A stretch of 25,854 nt of DNA from Candidatus Sericytochromatia bacterium (GTDB lineage Bacteria > Cyanobacteriota > Sericytochromatia > S15B-MN24 > JAQBPE01): positions 1 through 25,854 of the forward strand of contig JAYKHR010000079.1 in the NCBI GenBank assembly GCA_035285125.1. The letters run 5' to 3'. This document shows, one piece after another, positions 1-6,292 of the stretch (positions are counted from its first letter, which is position 1; every line of letters begins with the position of its first letter). Position numbers and translations under genes: made by a program. The notes beneath the pieces are model-generated. The model made no database searches. It saw only the letters and a program-made list of their open reading frames with translations, and had not been told where the DNA came from.

Positions 1-483
1 GTAGTCCAGGCTCAGCACGTAGGCGGCGTTGTAGCGAAGCTCCTCCCGGTGCTCCAGCAGGCGCAGCAGCAGGGGGATCTCGACGCCCACCATGGTGCCG
101 ATGGCGAGCGTCAGGCCGTACTGCAGCAGCGGGTAGGCCTCCGGGCTCGCGGCGTAGCCCGTGAAGAGGGCGAGCGCCGAGAAGCCTCCCACGACGGCGA
201 TGGCGAGCTCTGTCAGGATGAACGTGAGGAACAGCCCGCCCCTGATCCACTGCGAGATCCAGGAGCCCAGGCCCATGGCGCTGAGGAACAGCCCGATCGT
301 GACGGAGAACTGCCAGATGCTGTCTCCCAGCAGGTAGCTGGAGCTCGCTCCGATGATGAGCTCGTAGACGATGCCGCACGTCGCGATGATCGCCACCGAG
401 GCGTACAGCACCCCGGGGCGCTCGATGCCCCGGCCGGGAGGCGGCGCGGGTGGCGCCGGCCCCGGGTCGGGGGAGGTCGCCAT
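1..483 (-). CDS. speE: Membrane-type polyamine aminopropyltransferase (spermidine synthase-like), N-terminal transmembrane part; runs off the window edge
   Basis: Not in the ORF track. Hand translation from ATG at 483: MATSPDPG...LYASVAIIATCGIVYELIIGASSSYLLGDSIWQFSVTIGLFLSAMGLGS...GTMVGVEIPLLLRLL...VLSLDY. This matches the N-terminal signature of membrane-fused spermidine synthases (CGxxYEL, SYLLGDS, MGLGS, GxEIPL, DY). It lies downstream of a DUF4178 gene, a known context. Confidence 0.88.
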   Translation of the reverse strand, partial: MATSPDPGPAPPAPPPGRGIERPGVLYASVAIIATCGIVYELIIGASSSYLLGDSIWQFSVTIGLFLSAMGLGSWISQWIRGGLFLTFILTELAIAVVGGFSALALFTGYAASPEAYPLLQYGLTLAIGTMVGVEIPLLLRLLEHREELRYNAAYVLSLDY

Positions 484-486
484 CGC

Positions 487-873
487 TCAGTCCCAGCTGA
501 AGGAAGGCTGGCTCAGCCCCCCGAACAGCAGGCCGAGCAACGCCAGCACCAGGGACCAGGCCACCATCGAGAGCCAGAGGTTCAGCCAGACCTCGACGAG
601 CTGGTTGCCCGCCAACTTGAGGTGGAACTTGCTCAGCGCGGCCAGCATCAGGGCCACGACGGAGGTGCAGAGCAGCAACCCCCCCCAGCCCACGGAGGTG
701 CTCGCCAGGCCCAGCACGAACAGCGGGCACAGGATGCCCAGGATGGGGAAGAGCTCGTCGAGCTTGGCCTGCTGGTAGGCCAGCCGCTGGTCGGACACGT
801 CGCCGAACAGGTCGAGCGGGAACAGGGCGTAGTAGAGCAGCCCCCGCGTGCCGTTGATGCGCGCCAGTTCCAC
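487..873 (-). CDS. Hypothetical membrane protein (128 aa, about 3 hydrophobic segments)
   Basis: GTG at 873 preceded by GGAGG, 2 nt after the upstream stop and 3 nt before the speE-like start. Hydrophobic stretches LFPILGILCPLFVLGL, GLLLCTSVVALMLAAL and LWLSMVAWSLVLALLGLLF. Confidence 0.7.
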   Translation of the reverse strand: MELARINGTRGLLYYALFPLDLFGDVSDQRLAYQQAKLDELFPILGILCPLFVLGLASTSVGWGGLLLCTSVVALMLAALSKFHLKLAGNQLVEVWLNLWLSMVAWSLVLALLGLLFGGLSQPSFSWD

Positions 874-875
874 GC

Positions 876-1151
876 CTACTTGCCTCCCATCCCGGGGCCG
901 CCGCCACGGCGGGCGCTCGCGCCGCCCGAGCGGTCGTAGTAGTAGTCGCCGCTGCCCCAGCCGTAGCTGTTGCCGAACCACCCGCCGTGGCCGCCTCCAT
1001 AGTAGTAGGTGTGGTGGTGGTGGGCGTAGTGGCTGTGGGCCGCCGTGCCAGGCTGCGTCGAGGTGCCGGAGGTCCGGTCAGCCTGCCACAGGATGGCCAG
1101 CGGGGTGAACACCATGACCGAGGCGATGGCCGCGTAAGCGATGCGCTTCAT
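876..1151 (-). CDS. Small membrane-anchored or exported His/Tyr/Gly-rich protein ending RRGGGPGMGGK (DUF4247-like tail)
   Basis: ATGA overlap with the DUF4178 stop. N-terminal MKR plus hydrophobic helix, then HSHYAHHHHTYYYGGG and a Gly-rich C-terminus. Confidence 0.8.
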   Translation of the reverse strand: MKRIAYAAIASVMVFTPLAILWQADRTSGTSTQPGTAAHSHYAHHHHTYYYGGGHGGWFGNSYGWGSGDYYYDRSGGASARRGGGPGMGGK

Positions 1152-1705
1152 GTGAGGTTGGCCGGGTAGATGGTGAGCTCGTGCTCGTCGATCTCGTGGC
1201 CGACGGAAGCCTCGTAGCTACCCCCCCAGCGCAGCACGGAGAGGTAGGTGTCGGCCGGGCCCTCGAAGTCCCAGTACTCGACGCTGCCGCCTTCGCTATC
1301 TCGCGCCGCGTCCTCGCGTTCGAGGCGCACGCTGGCCGTGGAGTGCTCGGTCTGGCGGAAGGTCTTGCCGTCGTGCGTCAGGCGCTTGGGCACGGGCGGG
1401 ATCTCGTCGAGGTCGATCTCCCGGAAGATGCCGATGCTGATGCCGTCATCGTCCTCGGCCGACAGCCAGAGCTCCTGGTTGGAGGGGTCGTCCACGAGGA
1501 GGAAGTCGTACCAGAAGAAGCCCTCTTCTTCGTAGGTGAGCTTGTTCTTGACGATGTAGTCGGTGCCGTCGTAGGCCACGACGTCCCCGACCTCGATGCC
1601 GAACACCGTCGCCCGACGCTGAATCGCCGTGGTCTTGCTCTCGCGGCGGGCCGGCACGGTGCGCGTGTCGGACGGGGTGCCCATCAGCCAATCCCAGAAA
1701 CCCAT
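1148..1705 (-). CDS. DUF4178 domain protein
   Basis: ATG at 1705 with GGAGG upstream. Pattern GDVVAYDGTDYIV...YEEEGFFWYDFLL...WLSAEDDDG...VEYWDFEG...SVGHEIDEHELTIYP is typical of DUF4178; operon with the aminopropyltransferase. Confidence 0.8.
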   Translation of the reverse strand: MGFWDWLMGTPSDTRTVPARRESKTTAIQRRATVFGIEVGDVVAYDGTDYIVKNKLTYEEEGFFWYDFLLVDDPSNQELWLSAEDDDGISIGIFREIDLDEIPPVPKRLTHDGKTFRQTEHSTASVRLEREDAARDSEGGSVEYWDFEGPADTYLSVLRWGGSYEASVGHEIDEHELTIYPANLT

Positions 1706-1736
1706 AAGGCCCTCCAAGGGGAAACTCCCCCCGGGC

Positions 1737-1745
1737 AGTATACCA
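1737..1745 (-). promoter_or_regulatory. Extended -10 element (TGGTATACT) for the DUF4178 operon
   Basis: Close match to TGnTATAAT, 31 nt upstream of the ATG, in a GC-rich background. Confidence 0.55.
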
Positions 1746-1786
1746 GCCCCAGGGCCGCTCGGGGAGCATCCCGGGGGCAGCCGAGC

Positions 1787-3811
1787 TCAGCGGGCCAGGC
1801 GGCTGTCCGCGCCGGAGGAGCCCGCAGGGAACTGGTAGGTGCGGCCGCCGCCGAGGGCCTTGTAGAGGTCCTGGGCGGCGCGGGCCATCTCCCGGTCCGG
1901 CTGCAGCCGCAGGCAGCGACCCAGCGCGTCCAGCGCATCGCTCGACTGGCCCTTCACGCGGTAGGCCTGGGCCAGGTAGAACCAGGCGGTGGCCTGGCGC
2001 GCGCCGGGCAGGCTGGCGGCCGTCTTGAAGATCTCGACGGCGGCGTTGGGCTGGTACTGGCGGTAGTAGCACTGGCCGAGCGTCAGCATCGCGTCGACGT
2101 TGGTGGGGTCGTACTCGACGGCCATATGGAACGCCTCGATGGCGTTCTGGCCGCGCCCCGTGGCGTCGTAGAGGTGTCCGAGGACGTACCAGGTTTGGCC
2201 CCAATCCGGGTGCTGCTCCAGCGTGGCCTTGAGCTCGGCCTCGGCTTCCTTGGTCTGGTTCAGCGCGTAGAGGCAGCAGGCCAGGTTGTGCCGCGCGTGG
2301 CCGTGGCGAGGCTCGAACTGCACCAGGGCCTCGTAGTTGGCCCGCGCCTGCACCAACTCCCCGAGTTCGTGGTGCGCGGAGGCGAGGTTGAAGAGCATCT
2401 CGGGGTTCGTCGGCGACAGCGAGGCGGCCTTGGCGAAGGCCGCCCGGGCGCCGTCCGCGTCCTGCATCCGGTAGCGGATCCGGCCGAGCTCGTAGTGGGC
2501 GTCTGCCCAGTCAGGATACTCCTGGGCCATCAGCACGAACTGATCCCGGGCCTCGTCCAGCTGCTCGAGCTCGAAGTAGGTCTGGCCGAGCAGGAAGCAG
2601 GTGTCGCGATCCTTCGGGTTGAGGACCCACGCGCGCTGCAGCATCTTGAGGGCCGCAGCCGCGTTGCCCTGCTTGCAGTAAGACCGGCCGAGCCGCTGGT
2701 AGGCCTCCACCCGCGAGGAGTCGATGGCGACGACGCGCAGGTAGCACTCCAGCGCCTGCTCTTCCTCGCCGAGGTTCTCATAGCTCTGCCCCAGCCCGTA
2801 CCAGGCACAGGCGTGGTTGTTGTCGAGGGTCAGCGCCTGCTGGAAGGTGGCGCTGGCCTCCCGCCAGCTGCGCAGCCCCAGGAACCGCTTGCCCTGGGCG
2901 ACGAACAGCTCTGCGTTGCGGAGCTCGGCCTCGAGATCCTTGGCCAGGCCCTCGGCGGAAAGGTAGCGGTAGTCGGGGTCCTTGTTGAGCGCCTTCAGGA
3001 GCTTCTCGCAGAGGGATTCGGGCAGCAGCGGGTTGAGCTCGCGCGGGCTGCGGGGCTCGGCGTACAGCAGGTTGTGGGCCACCTCAGTGGCGTTTTGCGC
3101 CGCGAAGGGCAGCTGGCCAGTCAGGGTCTTGAACAGGATCACGCCCGCCGCGAAGACGTCGGAGCGCCCGTCCACCGACGAGGCGTCGAGCAACTGCTCG
3201 GGCGCCATGTAGTTCAGCGTGCCGAGCATCATCTTCGCCTGCGTGATGCCGGGCCCGAAGGACCGCCGGGCCATGCCGAAGTCCGTGACCTTGAGCTCGC
3301 CGATGGGCGAGATGAGCAGGTTGGCAGGCTTGATGTCGCGGTGCACGACGCCGTGTTCGTGCATGTAGTGGAGGGCCTTGCAAAGCTGCATGCCGAGCTC
3401 GAGGATCCGCGGCAGCGTCAGGTTCTGGCGCTCGGCCTCGTCCTCGAGCAGCGAGTGCCAGCTGTGGCCGGCCTGGTACTCCATCACCAGGTAGTGGCGC
3501 TCGGGCGTGGCCGGGAGCTCCGCGGTCGCCGGCCGAAGCGGCTCCACGCCCGCATCGATGGCGGGCACGATGTTCGGGTGCTGGAGCGCCTTGTGGATCT
3601 CGGCCTCACGCCTGAAGCGCGCCACCTGCTCGTCGACGGCCAGGCCGGACTCGGACTCGACGAGCATCTCCTTGATGGCCAGGAGTTGCTGGGTGCCAGG
3701 CGCCTGCGCCAGATACACCCGTCCCGTCAGGGAGTGGGTGATCTCGTTCAAGATCTCGTAAGGGCCGATCTTTTCGACGCTGGCGGCTTCACCCGGGCGG
3801 GGCTGCGGCAT
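1787..3811 (-). CDS. Hanks-type Ser/Thr protein kinase with C-terminal TPR array
   Basis: LAIKE, HRDIKPAN, DFG, GTLNYMAPE and DVFAAG motifs, followed by many TPR-like units (AWYGLG, AYQRLG, AHYELG, ARHNLA). Start set at ATG 3811 (MPQP). Confidence 0.92.
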   Translation of the reverse strand: MPQPRPGEAASVEKIGPYEILNEITHSLTGRVYLAQAPGTQQLLAIKEMLVESESGLAVDEQVARFRREAEIHKALQHPNIVPAIDAGVEPLRPATAELPATPERHYLVMEYQAGHSWHSLLEDEAERQNLTLPRILELGMQLCKALHYMHEHGVVHRDIKPANLLISPIGELKVTDFGMARRSFGPGITQAKMMLGTLNYMAPEQLLDASSVDGRSDVFAAGVILFKTLTGQLPFAAQNATEVAHNLLYAEPRSPRELNPLLPESLCEKLLKALNKDPDYRYLSAEGLAKDLEAELRNAELFVAQGKRFLGLRSWREASATFQQALTLDNNHACAWYGLGQSYENLGEEEQALECYLRVVAIDSSRVEAYQRLGRSYCKQGNAAAALKMLQRAWVLNPKDRDTCFLLGQTYFELEQLDEARDQFVLMAQEYPDWADAHYELGRIRYRMQDADGARAAFAKAASLSPTNPEMLFNLASAHHELGELVQARANYEALVQFEPRHGHARHNLACCLYALNQTKEAEAELKATLEQHPDWGQTWYVLGHLYDATGRGQNAIEAFHMAVEYDPTNVDAMLTLGQCYYRQYQPNAAVEIFKTAASLPGARQATAWFYLAQAYRVKGQSSDALDALGRCLRLQPDREMARAAQDLYKALGGGRTYQFPAGSSGADSRLAR

Positions 3812-3842
3812 GACAGGAGCAGTCCTTTCACGAAGGCGCACA

Positions 3843-3872
3843 ATGATACGGCATTATGTTAGGATCTGCCAA
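3843..3872 (-). promoter_or_regulatory. Putative sigma70-type promoter TTGGCA-N18-TATCAT for the kinase gene
   Basis: Read directly on the minus strand in the AT-richer intergenic region, downstream of the response-regulator terminator. Confidence 0.45.
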
Positions 3873-3905
3873 GCTCGGGTGCCTGTGACGGGGATCTCTT
3901 TTTGT

Positions 3906-3948
3906 AAACAATTTGCCCCTGGCCGAAGAACGGCCAGGGGCAATGTTT
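3906..3948 (-). terminator. Intrinsic terminator after the response regulator (possibly bidirectional)
   Basis: Perfect 13-bp stem TTGCCCCTGGCCG (3913-3925), loop AAGAA, CGGCCAGGGGCAA (3931-3943), with T-rich tails on both strands. Confidence 0.8.
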
Positions 3949-3963
3949 TGCAGTATTTTTGGC

Positions 3964-4656
3964 TCAGGCGCCGAGGCGGTAGCCGAAGCCGCGCACCGTC
4001 TGAACGTACTTCGGGGAGGACGGATCCTCCTCGATCTTCTCTCGGAGCCACCGGATGTGGACATCGACGGTCTTGGTGTCGCCGTAGAAGTCGAGGCCCC
4101 ACACCTGCTCGAGCAACTCTTCGCGGCTGAAGACGCGGCCGGGGGTGGACATCAGCATCGCCAGGATCTTGAACTCCTTGGGCGACAGCTCGACGACCCG
4201 CTCCCCCACGGTCACGCGGTGCTCGGAGAGGTTGATCGTCAGGTCCTGGTGCTGATACACCTTGGCTTGCTTGGCGTCGCTGTCGGAGGCCTTCGAGCGG
4301 CGCAGCAGCGCCTTGATGCGGGCCACGAGCTCGCGCAGGCTGAAGGGCTTGATCAGGTAGTCGTCAGCGCCGACCTCGAGGCCGATCACGCGGTCGATCT
4401 CCTCGCCCTTCGCCGTCAGCATGATGATGGGCACGTCGTTGTGCTCGCGACGCAGCAGGCGACACACCTCAAGGCCGCTCAGCTGCGGGAGCATGAGATC
4501 CAGCACGATCAGGTTCGGCTTGGTCAGCTGCACCTGCTGGAGGGCCTCCTGGCCGTTCGACGCCCGCACCACCTCGTAGCCCTCTTGCAGCAGGGCGTAC
4601 TCGATGGACTCGACGATCATCTCTTCGTCATCGACCAGCAGAATCTTTTCGGCCAT
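3964..4656 (-). CDS. OmpR/PhoB-family response regulator, SphR/PhoB-like; no adjacent histidine kinase
   Basis: Receiver motifs LLVDD, LDLMLP, MLTAK and GADDYLIKPF. The wHTH segment KTVDVHIRWLREKIEEDPSSPKYVQTVRGFGYR resembles cyanobacterial SphR/PhoB and RegX3-type regulators. Confidence 0.95.
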   Translation of the reverse strand: MAEKILLVDDEEMIVESIEYALLQEGYEVVRASNGQEALQQVQLTKPNLIVLDLMLPQLSGLEVCRLLRREHNDVPIIMLTAKGEEIDRVIGLEVGADDYLIKPFSLRELVARIKALLRRSKASDSDAKQAKVYQHQDLTINLSEHRVTVGERVVELSPKEFKILAMLMSTPGRVFSREELLEQVWGLDFYGDTKTVDVHIRWLREKIEEDPSSPKYVQTVRGFGYRLGA

Positions 4657-4770
4657 ACAAGCGTTCCTCTTGGCGGTGTCCTGGGGTGTGGCGGCGGCTG
4701 CGAGGGCCTGGCGGGCAGGCGCCTGCGGACGCGAGGCGAAGTCTGGGGCGAGTTAAAGCTCGTAATGCCT

Positions 4771-4779
4771 ATCTTACCA
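4771..4779 (-). promoter_or_regulatory. Extended -10 element (TGGTAAGAT) upstream of the response regulator
   Basis: TGnTAnnnT match in the 260-nt intergenic region; the same pattern recurs upstream of other genes in the window. Confidence 0.45.
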
Positions 4780-4793
4780 ACCCGGGGTGGGTC

Positions 4794-4920
4794 CTTAACC
4801 TGCATCTTTTCAAAGGCCTTAACCTTTGTCAAGAAACCGCGTCGCCAGTGGCTTGTGTCACCTGGCTTCGCAGCGTTCAGGCGTTATGTGTGAGCCGGCG
4901 TGTCAGGTAAAGGCCTTTAC
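4794..4920. promoter_or_regulatory. Candidate operator cluster: CTTAACCT twice (4794-4801, 4818-4825) and the perfect palindrome GTAAAGGCCTTTAC (4907-4920)
   Basis: The motifs are read directly; their function is inferred only. Confidence 0.4.
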
Positions 4921-5741
4921 GTGGTCTTACCGCAAGGCGTTGCTGCGTCTGGCTCTCGGTAGATGCTCGTGATCGGCAGCCCGGTGGCGGCTCGCAGGTG
5001 ATCGGCCAGCGTCCGGGCCTCCTCGCGATCGAGGTGCCGGAGCGGCACGGCCTCGTAGGGGGCGTCATCGAGGCTGTAGTTGCCCCGGGCCTCCAGGAAC
5101 CAGCCCCGCGGCACGGGGCGGGTGGGGGTGTTGAGCTGCACCTCGTCCGGGCGGATCTCGCACAGCAACGCGGCGAAGCGATCCAGCGCCTTGCGGTTGG
5201 CGGGCATGAACATCGACTGCACCGCGATGAAGCCCGGGTGCTCGGCCCGCAAGGCCTTGATGCCCGCCACGATGCCCGCGTGCGTGATGCCCTCGACGGG
5301 GCGGTCGATCGCCGCGAGCGTGGCGTCGTCGGCCGCGTCCAGCTTGCAGAAGACCCGGTCGGCGGCCCGCAGGTCAGCCCTGATGGCCGGATCCCCCAGC
5401 ATGGTCGCGTTGGTCAGCACCACCACCGGCTTGCCCGTGTGCCGCTTCACGGCCTCGATGACCTCGGCGAGGTTTGCGGCGAGCGTGGGCTCGCCGCTGC
5501 CGCTGAAGGTCACCACGTCGGCGGATTGCCAGTCCGCCACCCTGAGGTCGGCCAGGATGCGGGCGGTCTCGACCCAGATCCGACGCTCTCGCGTGGGTGT
5601 CTCGATGCGCCCGAGCTGACAGTAAACGCAGCGGAACGAGCAGATCGAGCTCGTGAAGAGCACGTCGATGCCCAGGGACCGGCCCAGCCGCCAGGAGTCG
5701 ACGGGGCCGTAGACGGTCGACAGCTGGGGCGTGTCGCTCAC
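4917..5741 (-). CDS. Radical SAM Fe-S oxidoreductase (COG0731-type; distant TYW1-like family)
   Basis: CSFRCVYC (CxxxCxxC), N-terminal VYGPVDSWRLGRSLGID, TFSGSGEPTL, LTN, KLDA and VQLNTPTRP. The GTG start overlaps the peroxiredoxin stop (GTGA). Confidence 0.9.
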   Translation of the reverse strand: MSDTPQLSTVYGPVDSWRLGRSLGIDVLFTSSICSFRCVYCQLGRIETPTRERRIWVETARILADLRVADWQSADVVTFSGSGEPTLAANLAEVIEAVKRHTGKPVVVLTNATMLGDPAIRADLRAADRVFCKLDAADDATLAAIDRPVEGITHAGIVAGIKALRAEHPGFIAVQSMFMPANRKALDRFAALLCEIRPDEVQLNTPTRPVPRGWFLEARGNYSLDDAPYEAVPLRHLDREEARTLADHLRAATGLPITSIYREPDAATPCGKTT

Positions 5742-6208
5742 GCGAGATCCCCGCGAAGCCCGTCGAGGAAGGTCAGAATTTCCTCCACGTTGGGCATGCC
5801 CGACAGCGTGAGGCGCACCGTGCCGCGCCCGTCGATCACGAAGGTCATGCGCTTGAAGAACGGCAGCAGGCCCTTGGCACCGTAGGCAACGGCCGCCGTG
5901 GCCTCCGGGTCTGCCAGCAGGGGGAAGCCCAGCCCGAGCTTGGTGGCGTAGCGCTGGTGAGACGCGACGGAGTTGTGGCTGATGCCCAGGACCTGGGCAT
6001 CCAGCGCCTCGAAGCGAAGGCGGTTCGCTTCGAAGGCGCGCAGCTCATGCGTTCACCCAGGGGTGTCGTCTTCCGGATAGAAGGCGAGCACGACGCGCTT
6101 GCGGCCCCGGAAGTCCGTGAGCGTGACGGCGTTCCCGGTCGAATCCGGGAGGGTGAAGGGGGGGGCTGCGTCACCTGGCCTGGGGCCGGCCTTGCTGCTC
6201 CAAAACAC
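5738..6208 (-). CDS. bcp: Bcp/PrxQ-family peroxiredoxin with in-frame TGA at the peroxidatic position (probable selenoprotein, 156 aa)
   Basis: Absent from the ORF track. RBS AGGAAGGAG, GTG at 6208. Translation: [51 protein letters not shown][TGA 6055-6053][104 protein letters not shown]. The PxxxTxxC motif and catalytic Arg (KRMTFVID) are present. Confidence 0.9.
6004..6039 (-). promoter_or_regulatory. Candidate SECIS-like recoding hairpin 3' of the in-frame UGA
   Basis: mRNA GCGCCUUCGAAGCGAA-CCGCC-UUCGCUUCGAGGCGC: 15 bp with one bulged U and a 5-nt loop. It starts 14 nt after the UGA, with the loop about 30 nt away. Confidence 0.6.
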
Positions 6209-6292
6209 GCGGGGCTCCTTCCTGGACGGCCGCGGGAACCCGCGCCTCCGGGCTCAGCCTACACCGCCGGCCCCCCCGGGCGCAACACGCCC

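Noticed and set aside
1181..3862. 893-aa plus-strand ORF
   Set aside because: Antisense shadow of the DUF4178 and kinase genes caused by high-GC codon bias; no recognisable motifs.
4917..5741. Radical SAM as a RiPP maturase or true wyosine synthase
   Set aside because: There is no SPASM/twitch Cys cluster or adjacent precursor peptide, and it is too short and lacks the extra N-terminal cluster region expected of TYW1.
6053..6055. Genome-wide reassignment of TGA (code 4 or 25) as the explanation for the in-frame TGA
   Set aside because: TGA terminates many genes here (e.g. 487, 1148, 1787, 3964, 5738, 16213), and Trp or Gly at this site would not give an active peroxiredoxin.
5845..6174. 109-aa minus-strand ORF from the track as the gene in this gap
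   Set aside because: Wrong frame; the peroxiredoxin frame 6208-5738 has the RBS, the family motifs and coupling to the next gene.
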